Assembly (NCBI RefSeq): GCF_018977255.1
Contig: NW_024704743.1
Span: 109,432,001 to 109,496,000, forward strand
Direction: 5' to 3'
DNA from: Callorhinchus milii
Lineage: Eukaryota
Length of the DNA stretch: 64,000 nucleotides
Under the pieces are notes generated by a model, which worked only from the letters and a program-made list of their open reading frames with translations, was not told where the DNA came from and did no database searches. Position 1 is the first letter of the stretch, and the number at the start of each line of letters is the position of its first letter. The position numbers and the translations under genes were made by a program. This document shows, piece after piece, positions 35,024 to 49,135 of this stretch.

Positions 35024-36120
35024 GCAACAACAACAACAAGATTACATTTGTATAGCGCCTTTCACATTGGGAGGACATACCAAGGCGCTGGACAGTGTAC
35101 AGCATTTCAGACCCGAGCTAGGGTCGGGGGAGGGGGTGAAGGAAGGGGAGGGGAAAGGGGGTGGCCAATGGCATGGTCGAAGAGGAGGGTTTTGATGTGG
35201 GACTTGAAGGCGGCTAAGGAGAGGGCGAGGTGGAGTGATTGAGGGATGGAGTTCCAGAGGTTGTGGGCAGAGTGGCTGAAGACTCTTCTGCCAATGGTGG
35301 GGAGGGTGGGTCGGGAGACGTGGAACAGGCCGGAGCTGGCTGAGTGGATGGAGCAGGCGGATTGGTTGGATGTTAGGAGGTCATAGAGACAGGGTGGGGC
35401 GAGATCATTGAGGGCTTTGTAGGTGAGGACCAGGATTTTAAACTGGATTCTCTGAAGGATAGGGAGCCAATGGAGTCGGGCGAGAATGGGGGAGATGGGG
35501 TCACGGAGTTTGGTGCGAGAGAGGACACAAGCTGCTGAGTTCTGGATTATCTGCAGTCTGTGGACGGAGGAGTTGGGAAGGCCGACAAGCAGGACATTTG
35601 CATAGTTGAGCCTGGAGGTGATGAAGGCATGAACAAGAATTTCAGCGGCCTGAGGGGTGAGGTAGTGGCGGAATTGGGCGATGTTACGGAGGCAGAGCGG
35701 GTCATGGCTTGGATATGGGGAAGAAAAGACAGTTGAGGGTTGAGCAAGACACCGAGGTTCCTGACTGGCTTGGTGAGTTGTAGTGTGCAACCATAGAGGT
35801 TGATGCTGCCAGAGCCTGAGGGCCTCAGTCTTGTTCACATTCAACTGTAGGAAGTTTTCCCTCATCCAGGACTTGATGTCCGACAGACAGTCTGTCAGGA
35901 CAGCAGTGGTCCTGGAGTTGAGGGTGGAAGCAGAAAGATAGAGTTGGGTGTCATCCGCATACATATTGAAGTTGACCCCATGTCTGCGGATGATGTCACC
36001 ATGTAGATATTAAAGAGGAGAGGGCCAAGGACAGATCCCTGGGGGACGCCAGACATGACAGTGCGGGGGCTGGAGGAGAAATCGTTAGAGGCAACAGAGT
36101 GGAGAGGGTGAGAAAGATAG
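35024..36120 (-). mobile_element. L2, 5'-truncated, second subfamily
   Basis: [28 protein letters not shown]; different 3'UTR (CTGAAATGCTGTACACTGTCC); several deletions. Confidence 0.93.
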
Positions 36121-38294
36121 ATCAGCAGTGCCCTGACCAGCCTTGCTCAGGAACTGTAGTACCGAGATCGACACAGACAATTTGGTGGCAAGTATGCCAA
36201 CTTGGAACGAGTTCAGTTCCCAGTTACCTCACCTCCCCAACACGCCAGGCAAAAACCCAGGGAATGGAGCCAAAACCCATGCTTTCTGTGGTCCCATTGG
36301 AGACTTTGCACCAACCTATTTGGTGAAGGAAATGGAGCTTGATGATGGTTGTCTCAAGCACCCTGCGCAAAGCTTCTGGGTTTAATATCTCATACTGTTC
36401 AGAAAGAAAGCTGGGCAAGTCATTTGGGTGACGACCTCTGATAAAATACAAACTTAGGAAATGTAACAGCGAGGACATTTCTCATGCTAGCTAATGCTCT
36501 CTTCAATGTTTGTTAAGATAAAGGGAACACTGAGCGTGTGTTTGTTCATTGCAGTTCAATAGCGCATAATCTTTTTTCATCGGGAAACACAGAAAATATA
36601 GCACAAAGATTCCAAGGCATGATGTGCATTTAATGTGATGTTAATGTGAAGATAATCTGCAAGGCTACAACAGCTCGTAAAACTAATAACGTTAAGTATT
36701 TCTAAAAGATGAGGGCCTTTGAGGCTTTCACACCACCATTTGAAGGCTTATATAAATCTTTCTGTGCTCTCCAAATGAAAAGCACCAAATGAACAAAGGG
36801 TTGGATTCGCTCATTGTATGAAATAACATTACCTTTCTTTAAATTGTCTAAACTTTGCAAAAGTCAGAAGTGTAAGATTCATTTGTTCAGGTCAAGGACA
36901 CAATAGGCCCAAATTTCCACCCAGCTTCATTCAGCCTGTTACATAGAGTTGTACAGGAAATTACAGCACGGATATAGGCCATTCGCCCAACTGGTTTATA
37001 CTTCCCACATGCCTCCTCTCCTTCCAATCCCCTCTCCTATATCCCTCTGTGATGCCATTGTTGTCTTGTAATTTAAGAACACAGGTGTCAAGACAGGACT
37101 GTCAAGTGCCTTGGGGCATCCTCCCAATGTGAAAGAAGCTACATAAATGCAAATTTTATTACATCACTGGAAAATTCATAAATCCAGTCTTAATTTGGAG
37201 CCGATTCATTTTATGAATTTGGGAAATATGCCTTGCAAATTAAGATTAGATTTTTTTAAAAAATCAACAATTTTGTGTGATCTTAAATTTTTTTAAAGGC
37301 AAAATGGTCCCACAGTGGAAGACTGGGTGGAATTTCAGTCTGACAGTTCCTTTAACTTCCATAAAGAGAACAGATTTAGACAACAGATGCTATAACTTTC
37401 ACACAGAGCATTATAAGCACTTTGAGACCTTATCCTTCATGAAAGTGGCTAAATAACACAAAATACGTACAGGTTACTGTTGTTAAGAGATGGAAATATA
37501 CTTTGTCAAAATGTCAGAATCAAGTTCCAGAGCCAGCCTGGCGCTGCACTCCAGGGAACTGCTAATGACAGACCAGGCAGCCTGGCTCATCTGCAGGATC
37601 TACCAGTCAATGGGGATATGATTTTTTTCCACTCAGTTCTTGTTAACCTGCAAGCCGAATCCCAAATGGATTGATTGGTCCCAGGTGGACAAGCAGTGAA
37701 ACGTTTTGAGACAGCTTGATGATATAATAGATGTTATATCAAATGCATGGATTATTGTTAAAAAAAAGCTGTAAAGGTTTTGATGGCCATTACAACGTGT
37801 TGGTGAGTTTCTGCTTGTGCCTCACCCCTGGCTCGGGAATGCAGAGGGAGACAACACTTTAAAGCCTTGTGACTTACAACATGTCCACACAAAGCATGCT
37901 TCCTGCAGAGATACGAATCACATCCCTTGCACTGCCCCTTATGAAAGGAATGTCTCAGCTGGTGCCTGCTGACCTCTTCACACCCAAGAGCTCTCGATGG
38001 GCCTTTTATCCTCCACAAGAAGCAGGTGATTCATGGAGGATGTCAGCAGCATCTGTACATAGGATCTTCAGGAAAGCCTGTAATGAGCAGAGAGACCTTT
38101 AAGCACTGAAATAAATGGAACTCAAGATTTGTTGCTAAGGGACACCAGGAATCCAGGCTGGATGACCTGATGAACTTGTAAGTGACCGAACAGGATCCAA
38201 GCAGGCTCTTTTTCAGCTTGTGAGATGTTGGTTTGTTGAAGGACCAGGTGGATGAGATGGTCGCACGACAACTGGTTGCTCACTATATCTTTTT

Positions 38295-38467
38295 GGTTTG
38301 CTCAGCTGGGTGTCTGACAGATATGGAGACCCATCACCATATTTAAGAGTATCCAAACCAGAATGAGAGATGCAAGTATATATGCCACCTACAAGTGGAA
38401 ATTTCCCTGGAGAGATGCACCCTGCTCACCTAATTCCAGAGACCATTAGGCACAAGTTGGCAAGAGC
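38295..38467 (+). repeat. Unclassified interspersed repeat, copy 2
   Basis: Aligns by eye with copies 1, 3 and 4. Confidence 0.78.
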
Positions 38468-40884
38468 AAAGTCCAGAAGTGGTCCCTGTTGGATGCTAAT
38501 GTAGTGACCCAACACTTAAAAACATCTTTAATATTGTGATAAGCTCCTATATCAAATACAAGGATTATTATTATTATTATCTCATGTACAGCACTCTCCA
38601 TTTGTTTGCTAAATCTGAATATTAAAAAGTATATGTGTCAGGCCAATCAATGAAGTGAAAGAAACATGCTTTCACTTTAAAACCCTGCTTACCTAATTCA
38701 AGACAGTATAAGGTGCAGGCTGGCAAACAGCTAAAGTTTGGGGACCCTGGAGTGTGTCAGAAGGATTGCAATGGTCTGTAGTAATCATAATAATAATACT
38801 AATGATAATAATACTAATAGGCTAATAATACCAATAATACAAATAATACTACTAATAATAATTCTTGCATTGATATAGCGCCTTATCACTTCATTGAGAC
38901 GTCTCAAAGTGCTTCACAGAATATACTTTAAAGTGAAATGACTATAGTTTGTGGGAAATATATGTTGTAGTTTCCTGCTTTCCGATCTAACCTCCTTGCC
39001 AGTGAGGCTAAGAGCAGGACACGGACAATACCCAGCAACCAACTCGTGGATATAATTGGGGCTTGAAGTTCCTAGCAAAATAATTGGCAACCAAGACACG
39101 TAGTATGTGACGGTGATCTGAGAGGAAGCAGTGACTTAGTTAATTGCTCTGCTTTCACACCAGAGCTTTATTAGGGACTTGAGTCTACGGTTGTCATCCC
39201 TGGAATTCAATGTAATTTTGTCCAGAGGGAAATTTCCAATTCCCAAATTGCTCTCCTTACAATTTGACATGGTCAATTTTGCACAGTATTTAGCCTGACT
39301 GAAGCTGGTCATGCTTAACAAGAGCAAGGGCTAATTTCAGCCTGTGCTCAGCACACTGCAGATAATAGTCAAGCTTGGCGTGACCCTGAGTTGAAGTTTT
39401 AATGCAGACCCGCTTGAGATTTTGTGTTAGCACGGTCAGCTAAATCCAAAATAAGGAGACCTGCACTCGAGCTGAGAAGATGGAAGGGAAATGGATAGTT
39501 TGCATTTAATGACTACTCAGAGTGACAAGTGTGTGGAACTGATACCCAGAGATGTGGTGAGATTGTGTCAGCAAACTCAAGAGAGAATTAGAGAGCTTCA
39601 TAATAATAACAATGATAGTAATCCTTGCATTTGATATAACATATTATCACGCCGTCAAAACATCTCAAAGTCTTCACAGAATTTTTTGTGAAGTGTAGTC
39701 ACTGTATATTTGTAAGCGAATGTGGCAGCCACTTTGCCCACAGCAATGTTCCAAATGCAAATATCTCAAAACACTTTACAATGCTATCAAGTGTAGTTTG
39801 CAGGCAAATGCTGCAATCTTTATGTGCATAACACAACCCTGAGGTGAATAATAATAATAATAATAATAATGCTGGATTTAATATAGCGCCTTATCACGTC
39901 TTTGAGATGCCTCAAAGCACTTCACAGAATATACTGTTAAGTGATATGACTGTATATTTTTGTGGGTGAAATGACTAATTCATGTGTTGAAGTTAACTAT
40001 TTGAAAGGTGGAAAGAGTTTCTCCTGTTATCCTGGCCAATAATCCAATATTGGCTGCTGCTTCAACATTGAAACTAAACAAAGGCCTAAAAAAAATCCTG
40101 TCCAATGTTTCTCTTCCTCTCTCTCTCTCTCTCGCTCCCAAAGTGAATTCCTTCCAATCCATATTTTATTTCATGACCTCAGGAAGTCTTGCAAAAAAAG
40201 AAGCAACGTGGCTGCACAGTGAGAAGAATGGGAGACAACTAAATATCATTTAAGTGTACAATGATTTAATATTTGAGAGCGCATTGATCTTCAAAACAAT
40301 GTCTAATTGCTTGATAGTATTTGACCCTCTCTGTGGGTGATCAGTGCATACTCAGGCTGAATACTGAGAGTCGCTTCACACCGTAAACAGACTCTCTTAT
40401 TAGCAAAGCTTGACAATCCATGCAGCTATATTACACATGTGGATATACAATCCAGTAAGTCTTGGTTCAGCCCACACGCCACAGGCTAAGAGGGTTGCTA
40501 AAAAGCTCACAAAAGGAAGCGTGTTACAGCAACAACTTGCGTTTATATAGTGTCCTTCATGTGGGTGAGTGTCTTGGAGTTCATGGTAGAACGAAATGTG
40601 AATATTGCAATATTTCTTAACCGATTCAATGTGAAAATTATAAACGTAGCAAAACAGGAAAAGGAGAAGGTCATTCAGCTCATTGAGCCTGTTCCAGTTT
40701 ATTGGATCTTGGTTTACGCCAATGGCTTACTGGTTGCAGAGTGGTTGAAAGGTAGGTTGCTGATGGTTTTGGTAGGGTGGGGATGAGGGGTGGGGAGCGG
40801 AAGCAGACATGTTTTCTTACTTCGTATGCTGAAGGGTCTATAATAAAATGAATGATTGTAAGTTGTGTATTGTTTTTTTTCCTT

Positions 40885-41215
40885 TTGCATTTGATATATC
40901 AGGTCTTCGAGGCATCTCGAAACACTTCATAGAATATACTGTAAAGTGAAGTGACTATATTTTGTGGGCGAAACGCAGCAGCACAGCAGTGTCCCACAAA
41001 CAGTCGTTGATTGAGTGACAATTATTTTTTTAGAGAGGATTATTATCCCCGGAAAAGCAATCCGCCAATCGATTAACAATCAGATTCCTACTTACTGTTA
41101 GGTAAACAGAGGTGTGTGGAGTAAGGAAAGTTCCCAACGTTTTGCCCTGCTGGGAATTGAACCCAGGTCTTCTCACTCGCGAGGTGAGTGCTCTAACCAC
41201 TGAGCTACAAGCTCC
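40885..41215 (-). mobile_element. SINE family A, long form
   Basis: Head plus CCTCTGTTTACCTAACAGTAAGTAGGAA segment. Confidence 0.88.
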
Positions 41216-41504
41216 ACACGTCACTTTTAGTTCACTTAAAATCTTAAATATTTAGGAGTAGGAGTAGCCAATTGCACCTGGTTTGCCATTGTATCACTTT
41301 GTTGCAGACTATCTTTCTGTCCCATTTCCCCACTTTTAATCAAAGTGAACTTCTCTGCTCAAATGCTCAGGGAGCACTGTTTTAGCATTGAGATAAGAGA
41401 ACTATCAATGTACCAATCAAACACTAATGAGAGTGTCAGTGTATCTCATGTGGAGATTGGTCCAAGCCTAGGGCTTCAATGGAGACTGTTATCATTACAT
41501 GAGT

Positions 41505-41920
41505 ATTAATAATCCTTGCATAACCCTTGCCAAAATGTCTCAACGCGCTTTACAAGGAATTGCTGTGAATTATAGTAATTGTGTACATGTAGGCAAACGC
41601 AACAGACAATTTGTGCACAGCAATGTTCCACAGACAGCCATGAAGTGAATAATCAATTTTATCTGTGGGATTGTTGGCCTGGAAACTCACTTACACTTTT
41701 TTGAATGTGCTATGGGATTTTTAATGTTCAACTGAACAGGCACACAGGACTGCTATTTAACAACAACAACTTGCATTTATTTACAACAACTTAATTTTTT
41801 ATAGCGCACTTTAATGCACCCCCCACCCCCGCCTCCTCCAACACTGCACTGGAGTGTAACCTCAAAGTCTTGGTATGGGGCTTGAATCCACAACCTATTG
41901 AACCCAGAGTCAGGCTGACA
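41505..41920 (-). mobile_element. SINE family B interrupted by short L2-tail remnants
   Basis: Head at ~41875-41920, Deu body, caacaacaacttgcatttat insert at ~41760. Confidence 0.7.
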
Positions 41921-43639
41921 CAAATTGACTGTCATATTAAGTGTGTTAGCGGAATAGTTTCAGTCAGATGTTGTGGCAATGGATAACTCAACAGCCATTG
42001 TCATAATTGCTTTCCCATTCAACAGGCATAATGAGGAAAGCAATTTGTTTTCAAAGGAATGTTGGTTGAAGAAACAGTGTTAAACATAGAATTAGCAAGG
42101 TCTTTAAAGCATAATGTGCAAAGCAGACAGGGAATCTTACAGAGAGAGACATTATCAGAGCACATTGTTACTAACGCTATTGTTGCATGGTTTCAAGATG
42201 TCAAAGACTGGGCCAAACACTGTTCAACACATTATTGATATTTACTTTCTATCATTTCTATTGCAAATGCAAGGAAATACAATTAGCAAATAATCATCAC
42301 AAGTTAAACAATAAATTGTAATTCACATCAATGTGCCACAATGGTGTTCTGGCTAACAATCCCATTGATAAAATGGGCCAAGCACTTCATGGCTGTTTGC
42401 TGTGTGCAACTTGGCTGCAGAATTTGCCTACCAAATACACAATTGAGTTCACTTTGTAGTAAATCCTGTGACATACTCTGAGACATCCTCTAACATGCAA
42501 GGTGCTATATCAAATTGAAAGATTGTTTATTATTAATTCCTGCAGTTCTTAAGAAGAACCGGCCTCCAAATTAAGGCTGATTTATAAAAAGAAACATAAT
42601 TCTGCGCAATCTTAAAATTTAAGGCAAAATGTGAGGAAAATGTCTTGCAGGCTTAAACTTGATAGAATTATGGACCTGTGCAGATTAAATTCCATGGTTC
42701 TAGATTATTGTTTCGAAAGAAGTCACCACAGTATTTTTCCAACTAAAAATGACCTCTTCTGATAAATTGCCTGGTGACGAGTGAGATTTATATTCAAGTC
42801 CATCCAGTCCAGCGATTAGACTGGACTATTCTGTGATAATTACATTTTCGACATCGCCAAGAACAGCGGCATGTTTTATTTACAGCCAATTACAGTGATG
42901 TAGTGCTTCATTTTAGCAACACTTATTTGAAGTGGTTATTCTTGCCAGGAACAAATATTAAAAAAAATCTAATACTGTGATTTATTATCAGGCAGATGTC
43001 AAATGCTCAATTCAAGCAGCTGCAAAGACATGGATAGTGGAGAGAGATCAAACAGCAGTGTGCGAGTATTCGTGTGTTTGTGTGTGTATGTGTCGGAGAG
43101 GGGGGTTGACTGTAGAAGGCGAGAAATATGTGGGGCCATAATTTGTGGTATTTCTTAATAAGGAATGTGCAATTGTTCCAATTTCCAAAATGTCGAATAT
43201 GCTTGAAGAATATATCCAATAACGTGTTAGAAATCCAATATTTCATTTTTGAAGCCATTCAGCATCAGAAATTCAATAATTACACATTTGTTATTAAGAA
43301 ATTTGTTAAGAAATACAGCATATTAGATCCCAATGTTACATACGTGGTGCATGTGGGAGTAAGTTTTTCACTAAATTCTAAACCTGCATTGAACTACTTT
43401 TACCATTTTAAGGCTGTTGGAAAAGTTTTGGTGGGGACCTTTTTTTACTAACCTATAAATATAAGGGCTTTACCAGCAGTATTCACCAATAAATGTTGTG
43501 TTCAATTTTGGGCACCTGGCTTCAGATTTACAACAATGATACCAGGGATGAGGGGCTATAGTGAGGAGAGATTGGAGAGGTTGGGTCTGCGTTCATTGGA
43601 GCAGAGAAGGTTGACAGGGGACCTGATATGAGGGATTTT

Positions 43640-44001
43640 ATAATAATAATAATCCTTGCATTTGATATGGCGCCTTATCTCATCTTCGAGAAGCCTCAAA
43701 ACGCTTCACAGAATATACTGTAAAGTGAATTGACTGTATATTTTGTGGAAACAACATTGCAGCCATTTGCACACAGAAGTGTCCCACAAACAATTGTGGA
43801 TTGAGTGACCAATTTTTTTTAAGGAATTATTACCCTTGGAAAAGCTTTCCACCAATCGACTAATAACTGGGTTCCTACTTCCTGCTAAGTAAACAGGCAT
43901 GTGGAGTAAGGAAACTTGCCCAACATTTCGCCCTGCCGGGAATTCAACCCAGGTCGCTTGCTTGTGAGATGAGTACTCTAACCACTGAGCTACAGGACTC
44001 C
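43640..44001 (-). mobile_element. SINE family A, long form
   Basis: GGAGTCCTGTAGCTCAGTGG head, internal segment present, (TTA)n tail; adjoins a CR1 fragment at 43530-43640. Confidence 0.9.
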
Positions 44002-45584
44002 ACATTTTGATGATGAATATGGAGAAACTATTTCCTTGTAAGGAAGAAAGTGATGAGGTACAAAGATTTAAGATAGCCCAAGAAGAATGATATTTTTTAC
44101 ACTGAGGCACATTACCACAACGGGACACCCCAAACTGTACTACTTGCTTCACCTCTGGTTCAGATAAAGTCTGGCACAAGTTATTAATAATATATTAATC
44201 CTTCAATAATAATATTTCTTTCATTTGATATTGTGACTTATCATGTTGTAGAAACATCCCAAAGTGCTTCACAGGATTTACTGCAAAGTGGAGTGACTAT
44301 ATATATGTAGGTGAACATGGCATCCAATATGGACATAGCAATGTCTCACAAACAGCCATGAAGCAAATTACCAATTTCATCTGGAGGATCGTTGGCCAGG
44401 ACACTGGGAGAAACTCCCTTCCCTTAGAAGTTAATTCTTCTAATTGTGAAAGGTTTAGTCTTTTCGCCCTCTCCTCCATCTTAGACTGAAAGGTCGGTCA
44501 GATATTGAACCGAATCTGTGCTCTATGCACATTTGTATTCCATCTGTTGCACAAAGTAATCTCTCCAGAGATGAGAACACTGAATTCCTTAATAAGGTGG
44601 CAATAGCCTATCCCGGCTTCAGTGATGAGCAGTCAATAAGCTCCCCAATGGGTGGAAAATTGAGCTCAGGTTTACGCCTTTTGTGGCACCTGATCGGTCA
44701 TACATTGCTAAGAGCCAACATAACTCAGCAGTCAGTGCCTTACTATGTGATAAAAGGACAGAAGTGTTGTAGCCAACACTTACAAAAGTTGTCAAGATTA
44801 CTACTTTATTCACAGGAGGGGTGGGTTGGAGAGTGAGCGCAAGAGAGAGGGAGCGAGAGGTACAGATATTTTGATTTGAAAATCACACCAATGAGACAAT
44901 ACAGTCATAATAACAGCCCTAAAAAGTGAAATATAAAATTCAACAAAGTCAACAGTAAAGAATATTAAATTTAGTGCTTCATTGGTTTGGGCTGTTATTA
45001 AGGGCTGCCTCTATGGATGAATAGAAAAGTTATAAATGCAGGAGACTGACAGGTTGATCTGAAGTATTAAACCAAAGTTCACAGTTTTTCATTCAGAAAG
45101 AATACTTTATTACAGACTCGAAATGGGTTAACCCTTTGAGGGACTTTCAATATAATTCTAAAACCCCACCCAGTCTTAGCCATTTTTGTCTCAGACTGTT
45201 TACCACTACAATATTCGTATTAAATATATTTAATACAATATTAAATAACCTTATATATTGCTACTAAATGCCACATAAGTAATAATCTGATGCCAGTGTA
45301 TGTGTGTGTAGAGATCGGGTGAGGACATAATCAGAGATGTTTCTCTCCCCCCTCCTCTCTCCCCTTCAAAGTTGTTAACAGGATTTTACTGTAAAGTGCA
45401 GCGCCTGGGGGCGATTGTGGCAGTCAATTTACGCTCAACAGACTCACAAACAGCCATGATCAGAATATAAAAGGATATGGGCAAAGGACAGACTAGAGTA
45501 GATGGATCCAGTAGGGGAGCTCACAGCAGCACAGAAATGATGGCCTGAATGTCCTTCCCTCTATTACTATGAAACATGGGGAGG

Positions 45585-45915
45585 ACATCTCAAAGCGCTT
45601 CACCAAGTGCATTGACTGTGTTTTGTGGACAATCAATTGTATACAGCAATGTCCCACATCAGCCATGAGGTCAATGAACAATTTTTTTAATTTCTGAGAT
45701 TGTTGGCCAGAATCCCAGGATAAACTCCCTTCTCCTTTCGAATAGTGCCGTGGGATTTTTAACTTTCACCTGAACAGACAGATAGATTAATGGCTCCCGC
45801 AGCACCTCATTGGAATGTCAGCTTAGATTATATGAGTTCCAAGTCCAGACATGGGGCTTAAACCCACAATCTTCTGATTCAGAGGGGAGATTCTACCAAC
45901 TGAGCCAGGCTGACT
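45585..45915 (-). mobile_element. SINE family B
   Basis: GTCAGCCTGGCTCAGTTGGTAG head on minus strand, Deu body. Confidence 0.8.
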
Positions 45916-47804
45916 CTCCTTAACATAGGCTCTATGCCGTGGATTGACATATGTCCTAATGTGTAAAGAGGGCTCTGCAATTCAAAGTTATTTTTTTGAT
46001 AAACGCTTGACTTCAGCATGAAATTGGGTGTGATGAATAAGTGCCAGAATGTCCTATAAATGTGACATTGGCCTTGAAGAAAGCATTCAGCTTCTAAACA
46101 GTTAGCGTGAATCATTCCAGGGTTTGCTCTGATCCATATGACATCCTAGTACATGACGAGAGAGCATAAGTAACTGATTTAGAGTAACGCCTGGAGTCCA
46201 TTGTGTTAAGGCTTATCAGTGTCTGGTAATGAGGTCTTCTTATTGCATTTTTTTCTACTTTCGTGCCTTTTATTGCGATGAGCCTGTTGTCAGTGAGGCC
46301 AACACTTTGGTTGATGCTACTGTGGTCTTTGATCATTTATCTCATCACTTGACACTATTCTAAGCTCTGTGTTCAGCAACTATAATGAAAAGCCCTAGAT
46401 TGAAAGCTGGAGAGATGGAATTGTTGCTTCCCGCATTGACATGCCTTTACTGTGATAACAAACCTATTTGAAAGCAATCGACATTGGCTTTTCCTGATGA
46501 GATTTCACTTTGCCTGGTTGGTGTCTGCTGCTTTGTATATGTTATAATAATATTCGTTATCAACTGTTAAAATGCCAGTGGCCCCAAAATTCTTTCTAAG
46601 ATCTTGATGAATTGTTGAAAATTGTGAATTGTGTGTGGAGAGGGGAGAGGGGGGAGGTATAGTGCTGTGTGTGTGTGTGTTTGTGTGTGTATGAATGTGT
46701 GTGTGTGTATGTGTCGGTGAGGAGAGGTCAGGCTAGGCCTATTGTTGGTCTACTGTCAATCATTACCAAGGCTCACATATGAATAATGACTAGATGGACT
46801 GGGTAACGGAGAGCAACTATTACCGGTGGAACTACACCCCAGCAAGAGGAAGCCAGACCGGCAGCAGAGAGGCTTAAGCCAGAGGGGAGAAAGTTACCGA
46901 TATAATAGGACACACTAAAATTTGCAAAAAAAAGCGAAACTTGCCTCCAAATCAACACTGCATTGAAGACATTTTCCACATTCCTGGACCTCTGCTGGAA
47001 TAATAAAGGCCAATTGGCCAAACTAAAATGCTCGTTCTACAGTGTATGGACAACAATCCAACCATGGACCTCCTCACTAACATTCATTTGATCTAAACAT
47101 CCCAGATAGTGCAGAAGGTTAATTTATATTCGGTCCGACTTTCAAAAATAGATAGTGAGGAAAGATGATAACTGATAAAAAAGATAATTGAACGATTTTA
47201 AAATAGGAAGAGAAAGTTGAATAGATTGGACTACGTTTATGTATAGGGAGATTGAACGCAGAAGCAAACTTAGCTCAGCTGGTAAGCACTCTTACCCTCT
47301 GGGTCAGAAGTTTGTGAGTTAAAGTGTAACGTTAATACCACCCTATTTGTTAGAGCTTTGGCTTGCAGCGTTAACAGGAGCTGAGTGGGAAGCATCCCTG
47401 CCCCCAGTGACTAGTCTGCAATTCCAGGCCCTGCTGATGAGCCAGGCTGGCTGGGTTGTCCTGTAACACCGAGGCCCATCCTGGTTCAGTAACCGGACTA
47501 CATCAACAACACATGCATTTATATAGCACCCTTTATGCAGGGTAGGGTCTCGGAGGGCTTGACATTGGCAGAGTCTGACCCTGAGACTTGGGTCGATTCT
47601 GACATTCTGTTGAAAAACATGTCATCTTGGAGTCAATTCAGCTCCACAGAGACTCCACTTACCTTCCCCACTCCGGAGGTTAATCACTGGTTGGTCATTT
47701 GACATTCGACAGGCGTGGGTTTGAGCCCTTACCTGGATGGCAGGTAACAGGATGAGCTCCCTGTTAACCCTGCAAACACCAATGGGTAGATCTTAGCAGG
47801 AGAG

Positions 47805-47950
47805 TGAGGAAAATGTATTCCATTCCAGACACAGGGAAATTCCCATGTGTATGTGGCATACATGTGGAACTCAATCCTAAACACAGTGATGGGTTTCCAC
47901 ATAAGTTGAGCAAAGTTTTCCATATGTGTCAGGCACCCAATTGATCAAAA
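47805..47950 (-). repeat. Unclassified interspersed repeat, copy 3
   Basis: Reverse complement contains ATGCCACATACACATGGGAATTTCCCTGTGTCTGGAATGGAAT, as in copy 4. Confidence 0.75.
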
Positions 47951-48565
47951 TAAAACAGTTCAGGCTGAGATAGTGCAGCCACGGAGAAGCTTTTTACTGA
48001 ATGATTGGAGGTGCCATCCTTCAAGAAGAGATGTTAAATCTAAGTTCTTGTTAGCCTGTTCTTTGGCGCAGTACAATTACAATACAATTTACACTCGTAC
48101 CTTTCAGATTGGGAGGATGTCTCAAAGTGCTTCATAGCTGCCCAGTCACTTGTGCTTGAGAGGAGGTGGGTGTCGGAGTTGAAGAACATTGTGTAAGGGG
48201 GAAAGATGACCAAAAATACAGTCTTGAGGCGGGCTTTGAAAGTGGGGAGGGAGGAGTTCAGTTAAAGCAACACTGGGAGAGGATTCCAGAGAGCAGGGGC
48301 TCCCCTGTGAGAAAAATTTCCTGCTGGGTTTCCCTAGACTGGACTTGACAGCAATTATCTGTGAAGTGCTTTGATATGTTTTGACATTATAGATGCAGTA
48401 TCAAATGAAAAGATTATTATTTTACTACAAAGGAAGTGATGTTCAATTCGAATGCAAGAATTGGTAAAATCAAAGCCCAACTAGATTGTGGGTTCAAACC
48501 CTATGTCAGGACATTGAGTTTAAATTAATTTAAATTTAAATTAAATTAAAATTTAAATGTTTAAA

Positions 48566-49135
48566 CGCTGAAACTCTTGTTCATGCCTTCATCACATCCA
48601 GGCTCAACTATGCAAATGCCCTGCTTGTCGGTCGTCTCAACTCCTCCCTCCACAGGCCTCTCCCGCACCAAACTCATCGCCCCCATTCTCGCCTGACTCC
48701 ATTGGCTCCCTATCCTTCAGAGGATCCAGTTCAAGATCTCGGTCCTCACCTACAAAGCCCTCCACGGCCTCGCCCCTCCCTACCTCTGCGATCTCCTAAC
48801 CCCCTACCAACCCGCCCGCTCCCTCCACTCAGCCGGCTCCGGCCTGCTCCACGTACCCCGACCCACCCTCCCCACCATTGGCGGGAGAGCCTTCAGTCAC
48901 TCTGCCCCCAACCTCTTGAATTCCATCCTCCAATCACTCCGCCTCGCCCCTCCTTAGCCTCCTTCAAGTCCCGCCTCAAGACTCCTCTTCGACCATGCCA
49001 TCGGCCACCCCCCTTCCCCTCCCCTCCCTTCTCCCCCCTGACCCCAGCTCGGGTCTGAAATGCTGTACACTGTCCAGCGCCTTGGGACGTCCTCCCAACG
49101 TGAAAGGCGCTATACAAATGTAATCTTGTTGTTGT
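48566..49135 (+). mobile_element. L2 second subfamily, 5'-truncated, nested in a family-B SINE (48485-49465)
   Basis: Same 3'UTR as 35024-36120; the SINE sequence resumes at ~49136. Confidence 0.92.

Noticed and set aside
38168..38192. CTGATGA followed by the palindrome ACTTGTAAGT as a hammerhead core
   Set aside because: Followed by GACC rather than GAAA; no stems I/III found
38785..38862. TAA/TAATAC low-complexity array
   Set aside because: Expanded (TTA)n tail of an adjacent minus-strand SINE fragment
47435..47460. CTGATGA-GCCAGGCTGGC as a hammerhead core
   Set aside because: Lacks the GAAA after stem II
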